This document shows, in pieces, positions 55,212 to 63,495 of a stretch of DNA of 64,000 nucleotides (within the stretch, counting starts at the first letter, position 1; each line of letters starts with the position of its first letter). The notes beneath the pieces are model-generated. The model had not been told where the DNA came from. It made no database searches and saw only the letters and a program-made list of their open reading frames with translations. This DNA is from a virus, in the IMG/VR virus record IMGVR_UViG_3300027763_000032, positions 1-64,000 of that record; one strand, given 5' to 3'. The position numbers and the translations under genes are program-made.

Positions 55212-57464
55212 ATGGTAGAACCAAGTGATCAATTACAACAAGTATTTGAAAAAGCAGTTGAAGACTGTAAAAAACTTTCGCATGAATATGTAACACTAGA
55301 ACATTTAGTCTATGCTATGCTATGCGAAGAAAAGTTCTTTGAGCTATTGACAAACTTTGGTGCTGATACATCATATATCAAAACCAATTTAGAACACTAT
55401 TTGAAAAATAATCTTGACGAGATTAAAATTGAAAATGCTTCAAAGGGATTTAAACCCAAGAAAACGCAGACAGTTGAGCGTGTACTTAATCGTGCATTTA
55501 CACAGGTCCTGTTTAGCGGCCGTCAAAGCATAGAGCTAGTTGATGTATTCTTAAGCATCCTTAGTGAGAAGCGTAGCTATGCAGTCTACTATATTAATAA
55601 AGGCGGTATTGAGCGCGATAAGTTTGCTGACTTTGTCAACAACGAACTCAACGAAGAGGAAGAAGATACAGTAGTAGATGCACAAAGCGAAAAAGCTCTG
55701 CGAGCATTTACAACCAATCTTAACGATCAAGTTAAGAAAGCTAAAATTGATCCAGTTATCGGTCGAGTTGAAGAGCTTGAACAGATTGCTCTTGGCTTAG
55801 GTCGTCGTACTAAAAACAATGTATTGCTAGTTGGTGATCCTGGTGTTGGTAAGACTGCCATTGCCGAAGGACTGGCATTTAATATTATTCACGGTCAAGT
55901 TCCAGAATTCTTAAAAGAATATACAGTCTATAACTTAGACATCAGTGCTATGCTTGCTGGTAGCAAGTATCGCGGTGACTTTGAAGAACGTTTTAAACTA
56001 GTTCTCAAAGCATTGGGTACTAAAGGTAAAACTGTTTTGTTCATTGACGAAGCACACATGATCAGTGGTGCCGGTGCTGGCGGTAGTAATAGTAGCAATG
56101 ACCTTGCTAACATGATGAAGCCTGCACTAAGCAAAGGCAACATTAAAGTTGTAGCATCAACTACTTGGGAAGAATATCGCAAGTACTTTGAAAAGGATCG
56201 TGCATTGATGCGTCGATTCCAACGCATTACTATTGACGAGCCTACTCCAGAAATGGCTATTGAGATTCTCAAAGGTATTAAGAAGTACTATGAAAAGCAC
56301 CACAATGCTACTATTACCGATGCCGCAGTTGAGACCGCAGTTAAGTTAAGTGTTAAGTATCTAACTGATCGTAAGTTACCTGATAAAGCTATTGACTTGA
56401 TTGATGTTGCTTGCTCACGCTTTAACATTAAACAAGTCGACAACAGAAATGTTGACGTAGCTGAAATTCAGTTTGAGCTTGCTAAGATGGCCAACCTTCC
56501 TGAAGAAACTGTTAAGGAAAAAGAAAGCGAAAATCTTGCTAGCCTTGAAAAGAATCTTAAAGGCGAAGTATATGGTCAAGACGAAGCTATTACTGAAGTT
56601 GTTGACAAGATCCTTGTTGCACAGGCGGGCCTAAAAGCAGAAAACAAACCTATTGGATCATTTGTGTTTATGGGACCAACTGGTGTTGGTAAGACTGAAG
56701 CCGCAAAACAGTTAGCTAGACAGCTAGGTGTGCCGATGATCCGCTTTGATATGAGTGAGTATCAAGAGAAACATTCAGTAAGCAAGTTGATTGGTAGTCC
56801 TCCTGGCTATGTTGGCTTTGAAGAAAATGCAGGTCAATTGATTACCAAGCTACAAGAACAACCACATTGTGTTCTATTACTTGATGAGATTGAAAAGTCA
56901 CACCCAGATGTGTCAACTATCTTGTTACAGTTAATGGACAATGGTAAAGTTACAGGATCAAATGGTAAAGAAGCCGACTGCCGTAACGTAGTGCTTATCA
57001 TGACTACTAACTTAGGTGCGGCTGATGCTGATCGCAACATTATCGGTTTTGGTAGTCAAGAGAATGATTACGAAGATAAAGAACTTAAGAAGTTCTTTGC
57101 TCCAGAGTTCCGTAATCGTTTAGATGGTATTATTACATTCAGTAAGTTAAGCAAAGAAACAATGATCAAGATTGTTGGCAAGTTCCTAGTAGAACTTAAA
57201 GCACAGGTCAACGATAAGGGCATTACTGTTACTATTAGCAACGAAGCTATTGACTACTTGGTAGAAAAAGGCTTTGATAGCAAAATGGGTGCTAGACCTT
57301 TACAACGTGTTATTGACAAAGACGTTAAGCGTCCATTGTCACGTGAGATGTTGTTTGGTAATCTAAAAGACGGTGGTGCTGTTGAAATTGACGTTAATGA
57401 CTCTGGTATTATATTAAAAGTTAAACAGCATGTATCAGAAGAAAACTACCAAACTGTTCTTTAA
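55212..57464 (+). CDS. clpA: ATP-dependent Clp protease ATP-binding subunit ClpA
   Basis: Clp-N domain (HEYVTLEHL), two Walker A motifs (GDPGVGKT, GPTGVGKT), GYVG pore loop, IGF ClpP-docking loop, MGARPL. Confidence 0.95.
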   Translation: MVEPSDQLQQVFEKAVEDCKKLSHEYVTLEHLVYAMLCEEKFFELLTNFGADTSYIKTNLEHYLKNNLDEIKIENASKGFKPKKTQTVERVLNRAFTQVLFSGRQSIELVDVFLSILSEKRSYAVYYINKGGIERDKFADFVNNELNEEEEDTVVDAQSEKALRAFTTNLNDQVKKAKIDPVIGRVEELEQIALGLGRRTKNNVLLVGDPGVGKTAIAEGLAFNIIHGQVPEFLKEYTVYNLDISAMLAGSKYRGDFEERFKLVLKALGTKGKTVLFIDEAHMISGAGAGGSNSSNDLANMMKPALSKGNIKVVASTTWEEYRKYFEKDRALMRRFQRITIDEPTPEMAIEILKGIKKYYEKHHNATITDAAVETAVKLSVKYLTDRKLPDKAIDLIDVACSRFNIKQVDNRNVDVAEIQFELAKMANLPEETVKEKESENLASLEKNLKGEVYGQDEAITEVVDKILVAQAGLKAENKPIGSFVFMGPTGVGKTEAAKQLARQLGVPMIRFDMSEYQEKHSVSKLIGSPPGYVGFEENAGQLITKLQEQPHCVLLLDEIEKSHPDVSTILLQLMDNGKVTGSNGKEADCRNVVLIMTTNLGAADADRNIIGFGSQENDYEDKELKKFFAPEFRNRLDGIITFSKLSKETMIKIVGKFLVELKAQVNDKGITVTISNEAIDYLVEKGFDSKMGARPLQRVIDKDVKRPLSREMLFGNLKDGGAVEIDVNDSGIILKVKQHVSEENYQTVL

Positions 57465-58083
57465 CAAGTACATCTATAAGGTAGCAGTTCGTACCCCGTT
57501 GTCTACACTGTTTAGAGGTAAAAATCTACCAGTCACTAGACAACAGATCGAAGCATTATCTGAACGCTTTAGTAATGCAAGAGTAGCATCGACTAATATA
57601 ACCAACGGCTGGCGTACTAGGCAACAGGCTACATCAGCAGATGTCTTTATTGGTCTGATGCTATTAGATCAACTAGAGTCATTAAGTGATTTTACACTTA
57701 GAGTTGAAAATAGTACGTTAGGATTGTACTGCAATGATCAAGATTTTATTTCAAAAATCACTAATATTAACGATATTGATGTAGAAGAAATTGCAGAGCC
57801 AGAAACTGACGAGATTCGAGAGTATTTGTTATTGAATCCCAAGTCTATTATTCGCGGGGAATATACCCACAAGTATAAAGTAACTATTAATGCATTGTGG
57901 GAGTCTGCTGATAACTTTAAAGAATGGGCTATTAAACTACCTAAAATCAAGACTACTAACAACAGATACCGCTTTGGCGGGCACTTTTATGTAGCAGATG
58001 AGAAGACTTTAAGCCTTTGCCACATCTTTTTAGCTGATAAAATACGCAAAGTAGAACAGCTAGTCACTACAACGGAAATTTAA
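57430..58083 (+). CDS. hypothetical protein
   Basis: 217-aa ORF overlapping the clpA end. Confidence 0.7.
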   Translation: MYQKKTTKLFFNKYIYKVAVRTPLSTLFRGKNLPVTRQQIEALSERFSNARVASTNITNGWRTRQQATSADVFIGLMLLDQLESLSDFTLRVENSTLGLYCNDQDFISKITNINDIDVEEIAEPETDEIREYLLLNPKSIIRGEYTHKYKVTINALWESADNFKEWAIKLPKIKTTNNRYRFGGHFYVADEKTLSLCHIFLADKIRKVEQLVTTTEI

Positions 58084-58100
58084 CCTAACTTCAAAATAGC

Positions 58101-58107
58101 ATAAATA
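58101..58107 (+). promoter_or_regulatory. late promoter motif ATAAATA
   Basis: Heads the 58-62 kb cluster. Confidence 0.7.
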
Positions 58108-58130
58108 CTCTATAATAAGGTATTTGTGCT

Positions 58131-58475
58131 ATGAGAATGGATGAAGTTACAAACTCAGCGATCAATCTTGAAGAAGTAGACCTACACGACGATCTACACT
58201 TCTTCATGCATAACGATCCTAATTTTTACCGCAAGGTGTTTTTTCCTATGATCAGTAAGGTCAAAGCACACATCAAAGCAGGTAATCGTTGTCACGACGG
58301 AGTTTTTCGTCCCTGTGTAGATAGAGCCGCAGAAGCTTACTGTAAAAAGTTTAATATTCCCGATAATGAAAAGTCAGTGTTTACTGATGTTGACCGCGAC
58401 GAACTAGCCCGTAAGATTTTTGGGCAAGAGAAAGATCGCATTGAACAGGGTGACTATGATGGAGATGACAAATGA
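58131..58475 (+). CDS. conserved late protein (possible head-internal protein)
   Basis: 114 aa; first gene after the late promoter. Confidence 0.7.
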   Translation: MRMDEVTNSAINLEEVDLHDDLHFFMHNDPNFYRKVFFPMISKVKAHIKAGNRCHDGVFRPCVDRAAEAYCKKFNIPDNEKSVFTDVDRDELARKIFGQEKDRIEQGDYDGDDK

Positions 58476-59233
58476 TTTTATTAGAAGGCGGAAATGTATT
58501 TGCCAACGCAACTCCATTTGACCACAAAGATGTTCCTGCAATACTTAAAACTGTCAACGGAGCACTAGCCGGTACAGGTATTACTGCTATCCCCGTTGGT
58601 TCTGCGGCAACTCCCAAGCCAGGTAAAACTAGCGGAGACATGGACGTTATTGTTGACGAACAGGCAGTACTAAACTACTTCAAAGCCAAAGATGCTAAGG
58701 CAGGCCGTAAGGCACTAAACGATTATATCAGCAGTAAAGGATTAGAAACTGCACAAAGCGGTATTAATGTACACGTAAATGTTCCAGTCGGTGGAGAGTT
58801 TCATCAAGTAGATGTTATGGTATCAGCTAATGCTGAGAAAGTATCTAAGTTTCACACACATGCTATTCCTGATAACAGTCCGTACAAGGGTGTTAACAAA
58901 CAACTGATGATGGCTATACTAGCCAAACAGAAAAACTACATGTGGTCTGCATGGCAAGGATTGTTTAGTCGTACACCAGAAGGTAAGAAAGGCGACCTAG
59001 TTGCCGACAATTTAGATGATGTTGCTAAACACCTATTTGGACCAAATGGTAGTGCTAAAGATTTAGGTAGTGTAGAAAGTATACTTGCGGCTTTGCCAAA
59101 GCAAGAAGCAGATGCATTGTTAGCAAGAGCTAAAGAAGATGCCAACTGGAAAGAAGTGCCAGTCCGTCAAGAAAGTTATCGCATTGGAACTAACGAATGG
59201 TTCCGTCATATGTTGGATAAGGTACAGCTATGA
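58472..59233 (+). CDS. DNA polymerase-beta-superfamily nucleotidyltransferase
   Basis: hGS(x10)GDMD signature (VGSAATPKPGKTSGDMDVIV) and third Asp in HQVDVM. Confidence 0.8.
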   Translation: MILLEGGNVFANATPFDHKDVPAILKTVNGALAGTGITAIPVGSAATPKPGKTSGDMDVIVDEQAVLNYFKAKDAKAGRKALNDYISSKGLETAQSGINVHVNVPVGGEFHQVDVMVSANAEKVSKFHTHAIPDNSPYKGVNKQLMMAILAKQKNYMWSAWQGLFSRTPEGKKGDLVADNLDDVAKHLFGPNGSAKDLGSVESILAALPKQEADALLARAKEDANWKEVPVRQESYRIGTNEWFRHMLDKVQL

Positions 59234-60372
59234 GATTAAGACAACTGTTTAAAGAAGCAGAAGCACCTAAACAGTTAGGTCGCGCATTTAACCACCTAGA
59301 AGATCTAGTTTTCTTTCATGGTACTAAAGGCACACTTGAAGCACTAAGTCATATTAAAGACTTTGCTAGTCAAGAAGGAGCCAATAGTATTCGCATGAAG
59401 TGGGACGGCAATCCACAAATATATTGGGGTCGTGCAGAAGCCAACGGTCCTTTAATACTTGCAGGACATAATGGCTGGAGCAAAGGTGCTGTAACAGATA
59501 GTCCAGAAGCGGTACAAGATTTTATTGCCAACAAGTCGGGAAGTCCCAAGACTCCTGAAGAGAAAGAAGCAAGAGATAAATTTGCCAGCGAGTTTGCTAG
59601 TCTGTATCCCCTGTTTGACAAAGCTACTCCACGAGACTTTGTAGGCTTTGTGTATGCAGATGGTTTGTTCTTACAACAACCTCCAGCAGATAAAGAAGGC
59701 GTATATAACTTTTGTCCCAATAATAAAAGTCAAACGTGTTATCATGTAAGATCCAATAGCGGATTGGGTAAGCGTATTGCTAATGCACAAGTAATGGTAG
59801 TGGGACATGCGTTCTTTCCAGAGTTTGGTATGCCAGATGCTAGTCAAAAGCCTATCAGTGACTTCAGTCAGTTCAATAGTAATCCACAGTTAATTGTTCT
59901 TGGCCCAATATACAACAGCAAGCCTGTTAAAATTGATACTACAGCAGTCGATGCCATTGAGCAGTTTGCACAGGCGCACGGTGGTCAAATGGATGGATTC
60001 CTACAAGGGCTTCCGGGACTAAGCGACCTAAAAAATATTATCTACACTTATGTAAATCAAACTGCCAAAGCAAAACAGTTAGACAGTCTAAGCCCAAAAC
60101 ATTTTACAGATTGGTTAGCTGTATCAAAGACTAGTCCAGGAAAACAACAAAAGATTAATGATCTAGTTGCGGCAAATCCTACTGCACTGGCAACTATCTT
60201 TACATTGGTAAAAAGAATACAGGCAATGAAAGACGACATCATTGATCAAATTGAAGGCGAACAGGGTGAGATATGGGACACAAATGGCGAAGGTCGTGTT
60301 CGATATGCAGATCAAAATAAACAGCTAGGTCACGTTAAACTTGTACCTCGCAAGCGTTGGACGCCGACCTAA
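59230..60372 (+). CDS. DUF6267-like protein with ligase-type (covalent nucleotidyltransferase) motifs
   Basis: NHLED; motif I MKWDG; motif III-like VYADGL; motif IV GEGRV; motif V HVKLV; no OB domain. Confidence 0.65.
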   Translation: MRLRQLFKEAEAPKQLGRAFNHLEDLVFFHGTKGTLEALSHIKDFASQEGANSIRMKWDGNPQIYWGRAEANGPLILAGHNGWSKGAVTDSPEAVQDFIANKSGSPKTPEEKEARDKFASEFASLYPLFDKATPRDFVGFVYADGLFLQQPPADKEGVYNFCPNNKSQTCYHVRSNSGLGKRIANAQVMVVGHAFFPEFGMPDASQKPISDFSQFNSNPQLIVLGPIYNSKPVKIDTTAVDAIEQFAQAHGGQMDGFLQGLPGLSDLKNIIYTYVNQTAKAKQLDSLSPKHFTDWLAVSKTSPGKQQKINDLVAANPTALATIFTLVKRIQAMKDDIIDQIEGEQGEIWDTNGEGRVRYADQNKQLGHVKLVPRKRWTPT

Positions 60373-60381
60373 GGACTTATT

Positions 60382-61653
60382 ATGAAACTAAGACAGCTAT
60401 TTGAAGGACTAGGACAAGAAGTTGCCATTATATTTGGTCGCTTTAATCCCCCGCACAAGGGACATAGAGCCGCATGGGAACTTGCCGCTAAGAGTCCCGT
60501 TTGGTATGTAGGCACAAACGAAAGCACAGTAGGTCCAAAGGATCCATTACCATATGGTATTAAAGTAGAAGCAATGACTGCCATATGGCCAGAAGTTGAA
60601 GGACATATTATTGCAGAAACAAGTTGGCTAACACTAGCTAGTCTAGTATACGAAAAGCACGGTGATGTTACACTACTATGCCTAACTGATGAAGATTGGG
60701 TTACTAAAACTATTGTACAGTACAATGGTAAAGAAGGTGCCCACGGTTTCTATAATTTTAAAACTATTAAACAAAAACCAACACCACGTTTAAGTTCAGC
60801 TACTGCCCTACGTGATGCAGTTTCTAAAGGTGATCGTGAAGCCTTTGCCACTGCCGCAGGTGTAGATGCTGATACGCCTGTTGCTGGTAAACCGTTCTTT
60901 GATCTAGTAGCAGAATACCTGCTACCATACTCTAATGCACCTGTAAAGAAAACTGCAAAGAAAAAAGTTGCGGCTCCTGTGGAAGGCATAGATGAAGGCT
61001 GGAAGGATTTGGCAATAGGTGGAGCAATGGCTTTGGGCGCTCTAGGTGCAGGACACTCTCAGGCAGCAGACTTGAGTCATTTTAACACACAATATCTACA
61101 ACAAGTGGTCAAAGGAGAACATCCTCGTCCAATGGTTAGCATTGATGATGCTAAACAAGAATTACAGGATAGAGCAAACGGTAAGAAACAAGCTACAGCT
61201 CCTGCTAGAATTGATTTACCGAGCGGATCGAATGGTTTTAGTAAAGAATATCTACAAAAGGCGGCGGACCCAGATCGATTTGGTAGATACATGATTAGCG
61301 TAGAAAAGGCGCAAGAACTATTGAATAAAATAAACAAAGGTACGACAGAAGGTATTATGAGTTTTTTAAAAAGCGAGCCTCCTAAAAAGAAATGGAATCC
61401 TGCTAAAGATTCAATAGTAGTTAGTAACAAAAAAGACGACGAAGCATGGATCAAACTTTTATTAGATAAACATCGTAGAGGTATCGAACTTACAGATCGT
61501 GAATGGAATTCAATCCAGCAATGGAAACTAAAACGTAATATGAAAGGTGAGGATGCGGCAGGTGTAGGTATTATTACTAAACAGAATTCAACTGTGGATG
61601 TAAACAAAGGTACGCCCCGTAAAAATCTCAAAGCATTTAGACTAGTAAAATGA
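60382..61653 (+). CDS. HxGH nucleotidyltransferase (NMNAT/cytidylyltransferase-like) with C-terminal extension
   Basis: IFGRFNPPHKGH, KDPLP...K, RLSSATALR; C-terminal low-complexity and repeat region. Confidence 0.8.
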   Translation: MKLRQLFEGLGQEVAIIFGRFNPPHKGHRAAWELAAKSPVWYVGTNESTVGPKDPLPYGIKVEAMTAIWPEVEGHIIAETSWLTLASLVYEKHGDVTLLCLTDEDWVTKTIVQYNGKEGAHGFYNFKTIKQKPTPRLSSATALRDAVSKGDREAFATAAGVDADTPVAGKPFFDLVAEYLLPYSNAPVKKTAKKKVAAPVEGIDEGWKDLAIGGAMALGALGAGHSQAADLSHFNTQYLQQVVKGEHPRPMVSIDDAKQELQDRANGKKQATAPARIDLPSGSNGFSKEYLQKAADPDRFGRYMISVEKAQELLNKINKGTTEGIMSFLKSEPPKKKWNPAKDSIVVSNKKDDEAWIKLLLDKHRRGIELTDREWNSIQQWKLKRNMKGEDAAGVGIITKQNSTVDVNKGTPRKNLKAFRLVK

Positions 61654-61937
61654 AACAATATAAGATAACAAGTCAAGACTTAAATCAGGATAGCCCTGAT
61701 GATTGTTATCTTGCGCCTGATGATCCTGTACACGAACTAAAAATATTATCAGGCATGGGCGGACTAGGTGCCGAAGCTAGACTACATGAGTATCGTGCTA
61801 ATCAAGGCAGTAACATTAGTGTTACCGGCAACAGTAAGGGCGAGCTAATGAAGAAGCATAACATACAGCCAGGAACTCAAGAATGGTTTAAGCTATGGTT
61901 TAGTCTGCCTTATCTCACAGGGGAGCCACCTGTATGA
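61650..61937 (+). CDS. conserved late hypothetical protein
   Basis: 95 aa; ends IQPGTQEWFKLWF. Confidence 0.75.
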   Translation: MKQYKITSQDLNQDSPDDCYLAPDDPVHELKILSGMGGLGAEARLHEYRANQGSNISVTGNSKGELMKKHNIQPGTQEWFKLWFSLPYLTGEPPV

Positions 61938-62068
61938 GATTACGCGAACTGTTTGAACATAAAAAAGGCATTCGTGCCAAAAAATATAACAAAAAACCTA
62001 AGAAGTTTATTGAACCTATTAAACCTAAAAAAGCGGAGTCGCCGCAAACTACTAAGGAACCATCATGA
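61934..62068 (+). CDS. small basic protein (44 aa) with MRLRELFE N-terminus
   Basis: ATGA-coupled on both sides; shares the N-terminal motif of neighbours; below the ORF-track cut-off. Confidence 0.7.
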   Translation: MRLRELFEHKKGIRAKKYNKKPKKFIEPIKPKKAESPQTTKEPS

Positions 62069-62397
62069 AAATACGTGAACTATTAGAAGCAAAAACTAAA
62101 AAAGCCGAAGCACCTAAGCCTCGTAACTTTGTAGCTAAAAATGCTATTAATACAGGCGCTGGCGCACACAAAGACAAAAAGAAAGCCGCAAAGCAAGGTG
62201 ATGCTAAACACAAGAATAAAGACTATGAAATGGCTGAATCTGCTAGTGCAGGTGCAACTAGTGCGGCTAACGTAGGAGTTGGTCCAGTATACCCTAACAA
62301 AACAGGTAAAACTAATAAGAATAAAGACGGTACAACAAAAAATGCGCTGGATGTTAAGGGCACTAACTTACTCACCGGTGGCAGCTTAAAACGCTAA
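62065..62397 (+). CDS. basic low-complexity protein, probable head-internal protein
   Basis: MKIRELLEAK N-terminus, K/A-rich, EMAESASAG segment. Confidence 0.7.
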   Translation: MKIRELLEAKTKKAEAPKPRNFVAKNAINTGAGAHKDKKKAAKQGDAKHKNKDYEMAESASAGATSAANVGVGPVYPNKTGKTNKNKDGTTKNALDVKGTNLLTGGSLKR

Positions 62398-62400
62398 ATA
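62394..62400 (+). promoter_or_regulatory. late promoter motif CTAAATA
   Basis: Upstream of 62424. Confidence 0.6.
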
Positions 62401-62423
62401 TATAAAGATAACGGAGTTACCTC

Positions 62424-63482
62424 ATGCAACCACAAGTACAAATGCAAGGACCAGATGACGAAGGCGGAATGGCCCGTGCTGACCTATATAGAGCTGCCAA
62501 GCACTCTATGAAACTGTTTCAAATGATTCAGAATAACCAACAGTTAGAAGGTTGGGTACAAGCAAAGATTACTAAAGCGGCAGATTACTTAGACAGTATC
62601 TACCACTATATGGAATATCAAGTAAAGTTTGGACAAGGCGCTGTTGCGTCAAGTGTTGATGACATTACTGGAGATATGGAAACTGCCGCTCGTGCCGCAG
62701 AAGAAGCCGATGACGAAAAAACTGATATGGAAGAATCTATGAACTACGAACAAAAACTACAGGCACTATTAGAAAGTGCCGTTAAGAAAGCCAAGAAAGA
62801 TTATGATGGCGATGGCAAAGTTGAAACAAACAAAGATGAAGTTTGGGGATCACGTGCCAAGGCTGCGGCAAAAGCAGGCAAGCCATTCAAAGAAGGTTTC
62901 CCAACTGTCGATGATGCAAAGAAAAATGCACAGGGTACAGCAGGCATGAAGCCAGGCGAAAAGAAAAAGTCTAGCACTGGTGGTACTATTGAAAAGACAG
63001 CAACAGGTATCAAACATACTGCTGGTAAGAACTACAGCGGCAAAGGTGCTGAAGCTGATAAGAAAGTCAAAGAAGAAAAGTTTGATCCATTAAAGCACGT
63101 TAAGAATCCTACTCCAGGTGAGAAGAAAGCCGCTAAAGATGTCAAGCGCGGTAGCTATGCAGATCGTGCGGCAATGTTAAAGTCAGCTGAAAGAGACGGA
63201 CGTTTAAAAGAAGCTGATGCTAAATGTAATCACACTGAAAAGGGCGAGAAGTGTCCAGTACACGGTCTAAAAGAATGTGGTAGTACAATGGCATACGAAG
63301 CGGCAAAACCAAGTGCAGGCATGAGTAAAGGTGCTAAGTCAGCATTAGTTAAAAAAGCTAAAGCTGGCGGTGACGTTGGCAAGCCAGGCAAGAGTTTTGA
63401 CAAAGTAGCCAAGTCAGCAGGTGGTGGTGAGAAAGGCAAACGTATTGCCGCTGCCGCTATGTGGAAGAACGCTGCCAAATAA
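62424..63482 (+). CDS. probable prohead core / internal head protein
   Basis: LEGWVQAKITKAADYL helical domain then K/A/G-rich segments separated by xxE sites (LLE, FKE, VKE, LKE, AYE). Confidence 0.7.
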   Translation: MQPQVQMQGPDDEGGMARADLYRAAKHSMKLFQMIQNNQQLEGWVQAKITKAADYLDSIYHYMEYQVKFGQGAVASSVDDITGDMETAARAAEEADDEKTDMEESMNYEQKLQALLESAVKKAKKDYDGDGKVETNKDEVWGSRAKAAAKAGKPFKEGFPTVDDAKKNAQGTAGMKPGEKKKSSTGGTIEKTATGIKHTAGKNYSGKGAEADKKVKEEKFDPLKHVKNPTPGEKKAAKDVKRGSYADRAAMLKSAERDGRLKEADAKCNHTEKGEKCPVHGLKECGSTMAYEAAKPSAGMSKGAKSALVKKAKAGGDVGKPGKSFDKVAKSAGGGEKGKRIAAAAMWKNAAK

Positions 63483-63495
63483 GGAATAGACAAAA

